DNA from: Eledone cirrhosa
Lineage: Eukaryota
Direction: 5' to 3'
DNA length: 64,000 nt
Assembly (NCBI GenBank): GCA_964016885.1
Contig: OZ024743.1
Coordinates: 28,148,001-28,212,000, forward strand
The position numbers and the translations under genes were made by a program. Under the pieces are notes generated by a model. That model saw nothing but the letters and a program-made list of their open reading frames with translations, did not search any database and was not told the origin of the DNA. Below, in pieces: positions 1 to 12,653 of the stretch; within the stretch, counting starts at the first letter, position 1, and each line of letters begins with the position of its first letter.

Positions 1-1059
1 AATTTCTGCTTTCGACGATGTTTTACTGTTTCCAACTATAGCGGAAGAAACAAGCAATATTACCATCATTGTCGATTATATACAAACAATCGACAAACGA
101 AATACGAGTTTGTGGAGGAGCCTCTATGTGCTTGCTAATCCAACAAGAAATAGGAACAGGATTTCTTTTCTACACATTGGACAAAGTATTCCCAAATATA
201 TAAAATATGATGGCATGATGGCTTGCGGGCAACAAAAAATTAATACACATTAATTTCATATCAAAATGTTGGGCCAGGTCATTCACGATGCAAACATGGT
301 AGTAGATAGGAAAAATGCAAATTGTTATACATTCGGTATGTTATCTCCTCCAAAATCTTGCTACGTTGATTATATGAAAAATGTAAGGATTCCTTCTCGA
401 AATGAAAAAGAAAAGCGTGGGAAAATATTTGAAGAGGTCGTAGTCTGTATAGAGTAAGGATAAGGTATCACACTACATTATCAATCGATTATCATCAGGA
501 ACCACATCATCCCACAGGCTCTTGTAAATAATGCGCAGATTAGAGAGCCGTGTTGATTTTAGATAAATTAGAATTTTCTCAGTTCTACACAACTATTACC
601 ATTTGATCGATAGCTAAAACCTGAACTAAAATCAATTATTTAACCCTCATGTCGTTAAGCAAGAAATAAACAAACAATTTGTTAACAAAAATAAATATTT
701 CCCTAGCGTCAAATATTTAAAAAAATATTTTTGTCATTTATTTTTTCAATTGTCTATTGATTTATTTCATTTTTATAGACTTTTTTGCGAAGCTCTCCAT
801 CTTCTTCACTCGACGAGGATGTGTTTTTCTGTTCTTTTGATCAGATGAAATACGTTTGTAATATCTGAAAACAAAACAAGTGACACGGAGAATTGTCCAC
901 ATCTTGTGTAAATAACGAATTGTGTTTTCACTAAAGGGGAGGTCAAATATCATTGTAAAATGTGCTAAGATGGCGGTCTCTGTATGACATTATGTTTCAA
1001 TCCTCACTGGATGATATTAGACTCCTTTTACATTGCGAACATTTTATTTTCCTGTCACA

Positions 1060-1170
1060 CATTCTCTATTTCTTTCTTTCTCCCTTTCTTCTTTCTCTCT
1101 TTCTTTCTTTCTCCCTTTCTTCTTTCTCTCTTTCTTTCTTTCTCCCTTTCTTCTTTCTCTCTTTCTTTCT
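1060..1170. repeat. CT-rich minisatellite (~31-bp unit, 3-4 copies)
   Basis: Repeated ttctttctttctccctttcttctttctctct. It explains the F/L/S-rich ORFs at 962-1278. Confidence 0.85.
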
Positions 1171-3017
1171 TTTTTTTTTTTTTTTCATTTTTCCATTCTA
1201 CTTTTCTCTCCTGTTTATTCATTTATTTTAATGTTCTATTTAATTTTCCATTTATGGGATAACATTTATTATGAATGATCAAGCATATTGTATTCGATTT
1301 GAATTTGTAGCCTGATTTCAAGTTCAGATGGCAGTCATTCTACTTTTTTTACGTGATTGATGTCTTTTAGATAGGCATTAAAAATTCATTTTCTCTTTTC
1401 CTCTAAGCCGAAATTCCCACTTCAACTATCTATACAAAATAGAGGTAGACAAGTTATATATTATTAACAGTGACATTTAATTACGGAACTATGCCCCAGA
1501 AAAATGTGTGATATCTCTGTATCAATGGAAAGTACATATTCTGGCAGAGTACATCAGCGTACTCCTTGCAAAGCTTCACTGAGAGAAGGGCAAAACCAAG
1601 TCATATATATTCCTAATGCTCAGCTAAAACAGCAATGTAGCAACATCAGTGTTTCTCTTTGTGGTTTTCCACAGAAAAATAAATTAATGGAAATGAAGGA
1701 ACGTTGAGAAATAAAACCCTCGTCCCAGACTTCTGAATCAAACTAAGGTGTGGAAATATATTTGACAAAACGCACGCATTGTAAAGCTATCTTGCAATAT
1801 GGAAGCAACGCTCTGATCTCATAGCATAATCAAAAATTGTGTGAGGCACTAATATGGTAGTGTAATGTATTTTCCAGTAGAGATGTTGTCATTAGAAAAT
1901 AGACAAACAAAATAACATATGCATTGTTGGAATATTCATAGCTATAGCTTATTTGGAGATATAGTTGCATGGAAAACGGAGAAATGGTGTGATAATCTCT
2001 TGGATCAAATGGTTCTGAAATTCCGTGGTAGCAACCTTGTTGCATTGCATCTCTGCGTTAAGCGATATTGAAGGAAGACGCCGAAATCTTCCGACGAAGA
2101 GATAATTCACGGTACACACTGTATGGAAAATATAGAAAAGTATAGTTAAAGGAAAATGGAGGAATAAAAATGGGGTGATGTAACTTACATATATTGAAAT
2201 TGACCATTAGCTGCTTTAAGATATACGCCCACTCAAATATAGATTTTGTAACACTTAGATGTTTTCCTGTATTATTTAGAAACAATATCATAGGGAAATG
2301 AATATATCGGAATGTAGATGCATTCCAACCAGAGTGTTTTCATGTTGTTAATGGATAAACTCTGGATAATGGATAATCTATATATAATAGAGAATGGAAC
2401 ATATAGAGATGGATCATTCCTGGTATAAGAAGGTATAGTTTGATAAGAGATAGGAAATGTTTTATTCATTAACTTCTTATGATTCAACCAAATGTTAACG
2501 CAGAAAAAGATATTATAAAGCGAGGCTCTGAACCGAAAGAAGAAAAAAATGCTAATTTACATTATTTTTGGGGCTGTTAGGGTTCCAATAAAACACTTCT
2601 TTATTTTATGTATGAAAGACAGATGAAATAGAGTCGTTTCTTCCTACGCCTTTAAACGTACCTTCTCTTAGGAAGGTAATATTTAGTTGATAGATCCCCA
2701 GTATCCTGACTTCTCTAATATGGGACTGTTGATTACACCACATTTAACCACATAAATCCAAAGCCTGCTATATCATTTGTGTATTGGAGATTAGTAAGTT
2801 TTCATGATAATGTGGCGTGCATCAATTTCAATTCGAAATAGAAATGTTAGTCTGCCACAGAATTTATCCGGAGGGAAATTTGAAATAAAATGTCACATTC
2901 GCTGATAAATTCTTAACCTGGAAATATTGGATCTTTATTAGATTTTTACATTGGACGCTGTTAATAGTAGCTGCTATGTTGTAGGTGCACTCAAATGTCA
3001 GCCTACATACCATATCT

Positions 3018-3110
3018 AATAACGATTTCTAATCAAGGCACAAGGCCTGCAATTTTGGGAAAAAGTCGATTATATAGACATTAGTATTTGACTGATATTT
3101 TATTTTGTCA
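3018..3110 (-). mobile_element. Degenerate 3' fragment of the tRNA-derived SINE
   Basis: aggcacaaggcctgcaatttt...aagtcgatta is the reverse complement of the SINE 3' part seen at 4836-5043. Confidence 0.55.
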
Positions 3111-4639
3111 ATACTGATTTTACAGTCAATACTGATAAAGAAAACAAGAGTTATGACGTAAAACACAGTGTCATTGGGCAGTATTTGTGATTAAGATTTG
3201 ATGCCTGGTTGCAATGTTTTCTATGACCGTGTCCATATATTTCTTAAATAGAGACAGATTTATGAAAAGATTTTAAAAGCCCATATTAAAAAAATATAGC
3301 TTCTCGTTTCTAGCACTCATCTGAAATGCAAATGCCCGTCCTTATCCCATCGGGCAATAGAGATATGTGACTGAAACTAACTTGCGTGGGATATCCACAG
3401 TGATTTTGGTTAATAATTGCTTTATAAATTTAGATCGATCGACTCCTTTATGAAACTTGTTGGCTGGGAGAGTACCAGTTTCATTGATATTGATTCCACT
3501 TTAGAATTTGGTAATTATAAAAATAGTGAAACACGATGATGGTGAGATTGATTTCATCGTGTCAAATTTGTTGGAATCAAGATTACAATGTAACGAATTA
3601 CTCGTTCATCAAAAAGTGTTTTTATTGCTTACAGTAATGCCAGTGTTAACTGTCTACAGTTCTTATTTCACAGATTTAAACTAAACCAACTAGAATAAAG
3701 TTCCTTGGGCATGGATCCATTGCAATTTTGTGGTGGGATACGATATTCTTTCGGCATTCTGACTTCTATTGACTCAAATAATTTCGACTGCCTAAGGATC
3801 TAGATCATACAACAACATTAACAAGTGGTATAATACATCAAGCATACGGCAGCTGACAGGCTAATACATCAAACATTCAATCACGTACAGTGTAAAATGT
3901 TAGCATCTCTAACAACATATAATAATCTAAACAAGATAATATGATATGATGTATGCATGAATGTATATAGAAATATATTAGCTGAGTTATACTCAATCGA
4001 GAAAACAGGGAAACATCAAAAAATAAATGAAATAAATTTGTAAACGGTCCCTGAAAGAGATTTACAATATCATCTATAGAATATCTAAACGTTTTAGTTA
4101 TGTAATCAATATCATATATTTATTTAAAATGTTGACTTCAGATTGACTTCAAATTGACTTCAGATGCAAACAAAGGCCATATTAAACTATCCATAGGAAT
4201 ATATTTATGTATACAGGCATACACATATATAATAAACAATTCGGACAATACACATACATTCATAAATATAGTCATTTAAAGTTTCATATAGAAACAGACA
4301 TGCAAGCATAAAAAGTAACAATTTTAGAATGACATTATTTTCGTTACTTAAAATCTGTTGAGAGCTACACACGCATTTGTATTTAATTCAAAATAGTACG
4401 GTATGGGAGAAGATAGTTCACCTGCACTATGTTTTATAATATATCGTGTCCTTTTACACATCTTGAGTATATAATTTTGCGTGCAACCAAATAACAGGAC
4501 TTATATTTTTTTCTGAAACGGATTGTTTCAGCTTCTAAATTTATTTAACTTTTCCTACTTACCGCATTTCTTCGAAATTCATCTCAAAATCAAAAGCAAA
4601 AAAAGAATCTTTCAAATTTGAAATATAGTACATTATTAT

Positions 4640-4828
4640 CGGATTGGCAGTATCGGTAGAGAGTCGGACACCATGCTTTGAAGCATAGAGTTACGTCCCT
4701 TTATTATCTGAGTTCATATCCCGCCGAGGTTAACTTTGCCTTTCACCCTTACGGGGTCGATAAAATAAAGTACTAGTAATGTACTGGGTAATTGCTGGCT
4801 TTGTGCCAAAAATAGAAACAATTATTAT
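4640..4828 (+). mobile_element. tRNA-derived SINE
   Basis: A-box-like tggcagtatcgg, B-box-like gagttcatatcc, core aactttgcctttcacccttacggggtcgataaaataaagtac and an attatt tail. Many copies in the window. Confidence 0.85.
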
Positions 4829-4835
4829 CCTGGGT

Positions 4836-5043
4836 ATGGATTGGTAGTATCGGTAGGGCGCCGGACAACATGCTCTGTAGCGTAGAGTTACGGTCCTTTG
4901 CGTTCTGAGTTCAAGGTTAGCTTTGCCTTTCATCCTTACGAGGTCGATAAAATAAAGTACCAGTAATGCACTGGTGTCGATTTTATCCACTTTCCCTTAC
5001 TTCCAAATTGTTGGCCTTTTGCTTAAATCAGAAAATATTATTT
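4836..5043 (+). mobile_element. tRNA-derived SINE (tandem copy)
   Basis: Same head and core as 4640-4828, with the longer 3' variant. Confidence 0.85.
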
Positions 5044-5195
5044 TCCTGGGCATGAATAATATATTTAGTAGCGTAACTGTATAAAATGATATAGAACTAC
5101 GTCACAATCTTCAGATTAGTAGAGTATTTCATCGTGAAATACAGCAACGAGCCCGATAAAAATATTGAATAAATCTAATTTTAAGTGCTGAAATA

Positions 5196-5385
5196 TAATT
5201 GTTTCTACTTTTGGCACACGGCCAGCAATTATCACAGTACATTACTGGTACTTTATTTTATCGACCGCGTAAGGATGAAAGGCAAAGTTAACCTCAGCAG
5301 GATTTGAACTCAGACATTAACGGCTCGTAACTCTTTGCTGCAAAGCATGGCGTCAGACCCTCTACAACCGATACTGCCAATCCAA
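5196..5385 (-). mobile_element. tRNA-derived SINE
   Basis: Reverse complement of the same family (ggatgaaaggcaaagttaacctc...gatttgaactc...ccgatactgccaatcc). Confidence 0.85.
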
Positions 5386-5606
5386 ATCATAGATATGGCT
5401 TAAACACACAATAGTAATCAGGTCGTCCTCTCACAATGGGCGGTGGATCAGGTGATGTTTCTTGGAAAATTGGAATGGTGAATCAGAGATGGACGAAAAG
5501 GAAAAACCGAGTGGAGACATAAGGAAAAAATTAGAGGTTTGGTAAAATAAATCAGGAGAAACGCAATGCGATAAAGTATAAAGATGAAAGCCAAACCGTA
5601 AAAAAT

Positions 5607-5655
5607 GAAGAAGAAGAAGAAGAAGAAGAAGAAGAAGAAGAAGAAGAAGAAGAAA
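5607..5655. repeat. (GAA)n microsatellite
   Basis: Direct inspection. Confidence 0.95.
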
Positions 5656-5844
5656 CACATGTTTCGGGCAAGAAGAATCAACTGTTATGAGGGACTCAGA
5701 TATATATAGCAAATGAACATCAACTTGTGATATTTAAATAATCAATATTTTTAAAGAGATATGTTTTTGTTTTTTCATTGAGTTTATTATAAATAGTTTA
5801 CACAGGATATATTCCTTTTCTTGAGAATGTTTATTATATATAAT

Positions 5845-6270
5845 ATATGTGTGTGTGTGTATGTATGTGTGTGTCTGTGTGTGTATGTATGTGTGTGTCT
5901 GTGTGTGTATGTATGTGTGTGTGTGTATGTGTGTATGAGTGTGTGTGTATGTGTGAGTGTGAGTGGGTGTGTGTGTGTATGTATTAGAAACAACTCAAGG
6001 CGTCCTATACATAACAATAGATCTAAATTAAGATGGTTTTAACTCCTCTCTTTCTCTCTCTATCTCACTCTCTCTTTCGCTCTTTCTCTCACTCTCTTGC
6101 TATCTCTGTGTATATATATATATGTATGTATTATACACATACACACACACCTATATATCTATGTATATATATGTATATATTTATTTACTATCACACATAC
6201 ATACACACGCACCTCCATATATATATATATATATATATGGGGGGGGGGGGCGTGTGTATGTATGTGTGAT
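5845..6270. repeat. Compound (GT)n/(CT)n/(TA)n/(G)n microsatellite block
   Basis: Direct inspection. Confidence 0.9.
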
Positions 6271-6842
6271 AGTAGGCGTGTATATGATATTATGTAGACT
6301 AACTGAATTAGAAAGAACTGGAGGCTTATTCATTGGAATAAACGTACATTGTCAGGTTATGTACGTATTTAGCCTCTACATATTTGTACTGAAATATCTA
6401 CTTTTGTAACAAATATCTTTTTATTCTACATCCATATTTTACAGCAATCTATCCCCATATATGCAGTATCAAATATGCAGTGAAAATAGTCAGGATCACA
6501 TGGACGCCGTTCGAGTGCATTAATTCTAAAGAGACACTGGTCACCAATTCCGTCTCAACTATTATTTATAGTGATCGACTCTTATTTTGGATATTTGCGT
6601 TGGGACACGCACGTTTCAAATTTCAAATTTTCTTATGTCAATTGCTTTGTTTACACTTCTAACTGAAAGCTTAAAAACTTTTTAAAAAAAAGACCAGTAG
6701 CTCTTTTGTGTATTTGTTAGTGCCCTCACATGGCATCCGAGCGATTCAATGTTCGTTTCCGCACAGGAGCCTGTAACTACTTTTTTTCCTCCTCCATAGG
6801 TACATTACCAGATTTTCTGAATTATTATTCATAGTATTAACT

Positions 6843-7005
6843 GTCGGACACCATGCTTTCCAGCATAGTTACGTCCCTTTACAGTCTCAGTTCAAATCCC
6901 GTCGAGGTTAACTTTTCCTTTCATCCTTACGGGGTCGATAAAATAAAGTACCAGTAATGAACTGGGTAATTGCTGGCCTTGTACCAAAAGTAGAACCAAT
7001 TATTG
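6843..7005 (+). mobile_element. tRNA-derived SINE (5'-truncated)
   Basis: gtcggacaccatgctt...agttcaaatccc...ggggtcgataaaataaagtaccag. Confidence 0.85.
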
Positions 7006-7707
7006 TCATATGCATTCAGAAGTACACATTTTAAATTTTAAATTATTCCAGAGAAAATATACACTTCATATTTTGAATATCTAAAAGGAAGACTACACCA
7101 TGAAAATATAAACCCAGGAAACAAAGGGAAACATAACAAAAATATAAACATTCAGAAAACAGACAACGAAGATAGAATGACTGTGTGCAAATGAAATGAA
7201 TTAAATAAAAATACACAGATCACCTGCAAAATACTATCCTACAAACGCTGAACCAAAATGAAACAAGAAAAATATGTCAAAAGAGAATGTTAGGAATAAC
7301 TTGAAAACGGAATTTCTAAATCGTGAAAAACAAATCTAACGGTGGAAATAATTATACTATTGCAGACAATAGGTCCTCATATAGAGCAACAGAAGTAGTA
7401 CTCAAGTATACTAATAAACGGTAAAATAGCAGCAACAATAAAAAAACGCAAACGTGGATATCGCAGAACTAATTAAAACAGATAGAAAGAGTGCGTGTCT
7501 TTTCGTTTGGTAGAATAACCCCCTCCCACCAAACTCCAACAATAATAGATCAATCAACACACATGCACATAGAGAGAAAGACACACACACACAAATACAC
7601 ACACATATGCGCATATATATATATATTACTATCCGCCTGTGACTTCTTTATCATGTATTAATTTCTCTCTCCGCCTTCTGAGATATTTTTACTAGTATGT
7701 AACTATG

Positions 7708-7762
<55 letters not shown>

Positions 7763-7978
7763 GTTAAAGATGTACATCCATATATGTATACTGAAATACT
7801 AGTATGTATATGAATACACACACGTATACATATGTAGATGTACCAAGTTTTTTCACTGGTCACTTTACTGTGAGTGGCCAGCTATTCTGTATGTAAACAC
7901 ACAGACAAACCGGTTTTTAGAGTCATACTGGTTTTTGAGGAAACACCTTTCCTCTATTCTGCAGAAAGCCAGACAAGG

Positions 7979-8023
7979 AATATTGAACTAGTTTCGTTGT
8001 TGTTACAACTCATCAGCAATATT
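7979..8023 (-). ncRNA. Minimal type I hammerhead ribozyme
   Basis: Sense sequence AAUAUUG CUGAUGA GUUGU-AACA-ACAAC GAAA CUAG UU CAAUAUU: 7-bp stem I, intact core, 5-bp stem II and a palindromic ACUAGU helix III. Confidence 0.88.
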
Positions 8024-8445
8024 TACCTATCTTCCGGCCTCTCTAGAGAATCGTAAAAGCACATATCGTTATATGCTTTTTCTATGAAAATTAGTAGTGG
8101 GCAGACTAATTTGCATAGAGTGTGAGTAAGTACCGGTTCAACGGAGACGATAAAAACAAATAACGAAACGAAATTAAATTTCGTTTCGTTTGTAACTCAC
8201 TTTTGTATGACTGACGCTTAAACAATTAAGTTAAAGATGTACATCCATATATGTATACTGAAATACTAGTATGTATATGAATACACACACGTATACATAT
8301 GTAGATGTACCAAGTTTTTTCACTGGTCACTTTACTGTGAGTGGCCAGCTATTCTGTATGTAAACACACAGACAAACCGGTTTTTAGAGTCATACTGGTT
8401 TTTGAGGAAACACCTTTCCTCTATTCTGCAGAAAGCCAGACAAGG

Positions 8446-8490
8446 AATATTGAACTAGTTTCGTTGTTGTTACAACTCATCAGCAATATT
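8446..8490 (-). ncRNA. Minimal type I hammerhead ribozyme (copy 2)
   Basis: Identical to 7979-8023, 467 bp further on. Confidence 0.88.
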
Positions 8491-9210
8491 TACCTATCTT
8501 CCGGCCTCTCTAGAGAATCGTAAAACCACATATCGTTATATGCTTTTTCTATGAAAATTAGTAGTGGGCAGACTAATTTGCATAGAGTGTGAGTAAGTAC
8601 CGGTTCAACGGAGACGATAAAAACAAATAACGAAACGAAATTAAATTTCGTTTCGTTTGTAACTCACTTTTGTATGACTGACGCTTAAACAATTAAGTTA
8701 AAGATGTACATCCATATATGTATACTGAAATACTAGTATGTATATGAATACACACACGTATACATATGTAGATGTACCAAGTTTTTTCACTGGTCACTTT
8801 ACTGTGAGTGGCCAGCTATTCTGTATGTAAACACACAGACAAACCGGTTTTTAGAGTCATACTGGTTTTTGAGGAAACACCTTTCCTCTATTCTCACAGT
8901 AAAGTGACCAGTGAAAAAACTTGGTACATCTACATATGTATACGTGTGTGTATTCATATACATACTAGTATTTCAGTATACATATATGGATGTACATCTT
9001 TAACTTAATTGTTTAAGCGTCAGTCATACAAAAGTGAGTTACAAACGAAACGAAATTTAATTTCGTTTCGTTATTTGTTTTTATCGTCTCCGTTGAACCG
9101 GTACTTACTCACACTCTATGCAAATTAGTCTGCCCACTACTAATTTTCATAGAAAAAGCATATAACGATATGTGCTTTTACGATTCTCTAGAGAGGCCGG
9201 AAGATAGGTA

Positions 9211-9255
9211 AATATTGCTGATGAGTTGTAACAACAACGAAACTAGTTCAATATT
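9211..9255 (+). ncRNA. Minimal type I hammerhead ribozyme (copy 3)
   Basis: aatattg ctgatga gttgtaacaacaac gaaa ctagtt caatatt, read directly on +. Confidence 0.88.
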
Positions 9256-9677
9256 CCTTGTCTGGCTTTCTGCAGAATAGAGGAAAGGTGTTTCCTCAAA
9301 AACCAGTATGACTCTAAAAACCGGTTTGTCTGTGTGTTTACATACAGAATAGCTGGCCACTCACAGTAAAGTGACCAGTGAAAAAACTTGGTACATCTAC
9401 ATATGTATACGTGTGTGTATTCATATACATACTAGTATTTCAGTATACATATATGGATGTACATCTTTAACTTAATTGTTTAAGCGTCAGTCATACAAAA
9501 GTGGGTTACAAACGAAACGAAATTTAATTTCGTTTCGTTATTTGTTTTTATCGTCTCCGTTGAACCGGTACTTACTCACACTCTATGCAAATTAGTCTGC
9601 CCTCTACTAATTTTCATAGAAAAAGCATATAACGATATGTGCTTTTACGATTCTCTAGAGAGGCTGGAAGATAGGTA

Positions 9678-9722
9678 AATATTGCTGATGAGTTGTAACA
9701 ACAACGAAACTAGTTCAATATT
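9678..9722 (+). ncRNA. Minimal type I hammerhead ribozyme (copy 4)
   Basis: Identical motif, 467 bp further on. Confidence 0.88.
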
Positions 9723-10144
9723 CCTTGTCTGGCTTTCTGGAGAATAGAGGAAAGGTGTTTCCTCAAAAACCAGTATGACTCTAAAAACCGGTTTGTCTGT
9801 GTGTTTACATACAGAATAGCTGGCCACTCACAGTAAAGTGACCAGTGAAAAAACTTGGTACATCTACATATGTATACGTGTGTGTATTCATATACATACT
9901 AGTATTTCAGTATACATATATGGATGTACATCTTTAACTTAATTGTTTAAGCGTCAGTCATACAAAAGTGAGTTACAAACGAAACGAAATTTAATTTCGT
10001 TTCGTTATTTGTTTTTATCGTCTCCGTTGAACCGGTACTTACTCACACTCTATGCAAATTAGTCTGCCCACTACTAATTTTCATAGAAAAAGCATATAAC
10101 GATATGTGCTTTTACGATTCTCTAGAGAGGCCGGAAGATAGGTA

Positions 10145-10189
10145 AATATTGCTGATGAGTTGTAACAACAACGAAACTAGTTCAATATT
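10145..10189 (+). ncRNA. Minimal type I hammerhead ribozyme (copy 5)
   Basis: Identical motif, 467 bp further on. Confidence 0.88.
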
Positions 10190-10478
10190 CTTTGTCTGGC
10201 TTTCTGGAGAATAGAGGAAAGGTGTTTCCTCAAAAACCAGTATGACTCTAAAAACCGGTTTGTCTGTGTTTTTACATACAGAATAGCTGGCCACTCACAG
10301 TAAAGTGACCAGTGAAAAAACTTGGTACATCTACATATGTATACGTGTGTGTATTCATATACATACTAGTATTTCAGTATACATATATGGATGTACATCT
10401 TTAACTTAATTGTTTAAGCGTCAGTCATACAAAAGTGAGTTACAAACGAAACGAAATTTAATTTCGTTTCGTTATTTG

Positions 10479-10514
<36 letters not shown>

Positions 10515-10524
10515 TATACTAGTG

Positions 10525-10621
<97 letters not shown>

Positions 10622-10670
10622 CATACATAGTTATATACTAGTGAAAATATATATATATAGAGAGAGAGAG

Positions 10671-10772
10671 AGAATTCACAAGATTCAAAGCTGTGTTCAA
10701 AGCATTTATAAATGAATAAATGCTTTGTAAGTGAATAAATGCTTTGAACACAGCTTTGAATCTTGTGAATTC
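10671..10772. repeat. Inverted repeat (~39-bp arms)
   Basis: agaattcacaagattcaaagctgtgttcaaagcatttat ... ataaatgctttgaacacagctttgaatcttgtgaattct. Confidence 0.9.
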
Positions 10773-10929
10773 TATATAACTGCTCTGTAGAACAACTGAT
10801 GTTATTACATTGAGCTATTTATGTTACTGGTAATAAGGTAGTAATAACTTACTGACCTTCACTGTTTAGGGTTTAAAATATATGTAAGTATAAAAAGTTT
10901 TAGTATATACATAACCATAAATAGTATCC

Positions 10930-11006
<77 letters not shown>

Positions 11007-12259
11007 GAGAGTGAGAGAGATGAAGACAGATAGATATAGATAGAGTTATAGATGTAGATATGGATGTAGATATATTCAAATGTGTGTTTGTGTGCATGCT
11101 TCGTTATATGTTTATGTCGTTACGTGTCATTATTTTGTGCATGTGTTGTTATATGTATATGTATGCGTGTACGCCCAAGAGTGTATGTCTCTGTGTGCTT
11201 TTTAAATTTGGGTTACATGAAATTACAATAGCATAATCGTTTAGAGCTGACATTAATGAAGAATGCCAAATCTATAATATTGTTATAAACACTCAAAAAA
11301 ATTATTCTTTCTCCATAAATACAATCTGCTGAATTAACAAGTTACTTTATATAATCTACTTTTTATTCATTTTATCTTTAGTTATTGTTATTTTTGTTAA
11401 AATTATTTCTTGACTCTATTGCCGTTGTTGCTATTGTTGTTTCTAAAGACAGGAGCATATCAACAGTTTACAGCACCAAAAACCGATTATAAGGAAATAA
11501 AAATAAATCACGGAGAAACATATCACCACGTCATATAACGCAGAATACAATAGCTATACAATGCACGAGTCTAGTATTTGCTATTTTCATGCTCACTATT
11601 CATACATTTTTTTGTCCTAATCACCGATAAAGTACAATAGAATAGGAAAGTAAAAGAAATACTATTATAAAAGAAAACACACGATCAATAGTGGCTGCTC
11701 AAATGATCCGTCATTTTCATTGTCAGATAAGGTAAAGCTAAGGAATTCCTGTTGTGGGTGTTATATTGTAAAACGATTGTTTAGCGCTGTTTTGTTCTAT
11801 CTTCTTCTGTTGTTTGGTAGGTATCATTGATGTTCAATATTGCCAGTCACAAACACAAAGGGATGTGAAATTTCATGGTTAGTTACATATTTCTAGGCTC
11901 AACGACTGTAAAGTATTGACAAAGATATCAATGTATTGTTGAAGCAGCTTATACTTTAACCTTTATCAATACTGCATATGGGATACTTAAGATAATTCAG
12001 CTAAATATTTGACACAATTACTAAATGATAGCGAGCTAGGTGTAGCTAGGATAGTTGAGAAAGTGCTGTATGTTGGACATGCATCGATTCCGAGAAAAGT
12101 CCTAGTTACTTCGATCAATGAAGTAGCCTGCTCGTAAAACTAATGGGCAAGTGGCTGAGTATTGCAATGACACATGTACCGTTAACGTGTTTCTAAAAGA
12201 GATTAAGTGTGACACAGTGTATGACAGAGCATGTCCTTTAAATTAGAGTTGAAACTTAT

Positions 12260-12390
12260 ACTTGCCAGCTGAGTCGACAAGAGCAGCATCAAATGAAATG
12301 TCTTGTTCAAGGAAACCACTCACCACCCAGAATCAAACTCACAACTTTACACTTGTAAGATTGGCATCCTTAATACTAAACCATGCATCA
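12260..12390 (-). mobile_element. Old SINE-like fragment of a second family
   Basis: gaaatgtcttgttcaaggaaac...gaatcaaactcacaac resembles a reverse tRNA-derived head. A similar stretch lies at 48460-48570. Confidence 0.4.
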
Positions 12391-12554
12391 TCACTGGATA
12401 GTGGACTAGTGAAATAAATACAATACAGTTTAAATAATTTACTTTAAGATATCAAATCTCATTGAGATCGATTTGTCAAAACTAATACGGGATATAAATA
12501 TATAGAAAAAAGCATTTGATTAGACACTTAGTGAAAATTAATTTACGCAATTAT

Positions 12555-12653
<99 letters not shown>

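Larger units (their letters stand above)
7757..10484. repeat. 467-bp tandem array with internal inversion, bounded by (TA)n; retrozyme / Penelope pLTR-like
   Basis: The same 60-aa ORF recurs at 7874/8341/8808 (+) and 9178/9645/10112 (-), period 467. Orientation flips near 8893. Each full unit carries a hammerhead motif. Confidence 0.95.

Noticed and set aside
1-2500. Possible host exons or pseudogene (ORFs 266-457, 1830-2045, 2272-2487; an FPYD motif faintly like a Cys-loop)
   Set aside because: The frames are short and stop-ridden, with no convincing domain, Cys spacing or splice structure. A BLASTX search would be needed.
4640-4740. tRNA gene
   Set aside because: The A/B-box-like motifs belong to the SINE head, and no cloverleaf can be formed.
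7874-10294. Six copies of a 60-aa ORF as a tandem gene family
   Set aside because: GTG start, no recognisable domain, antisense to the ribozyme. It is a by-product of the repeat.
7757-10484. CRISPR array or LTR element
   Set aside because: There are no unique spacers, cas genes, TG..CA ends or PBS, and the context is eukaryotic.
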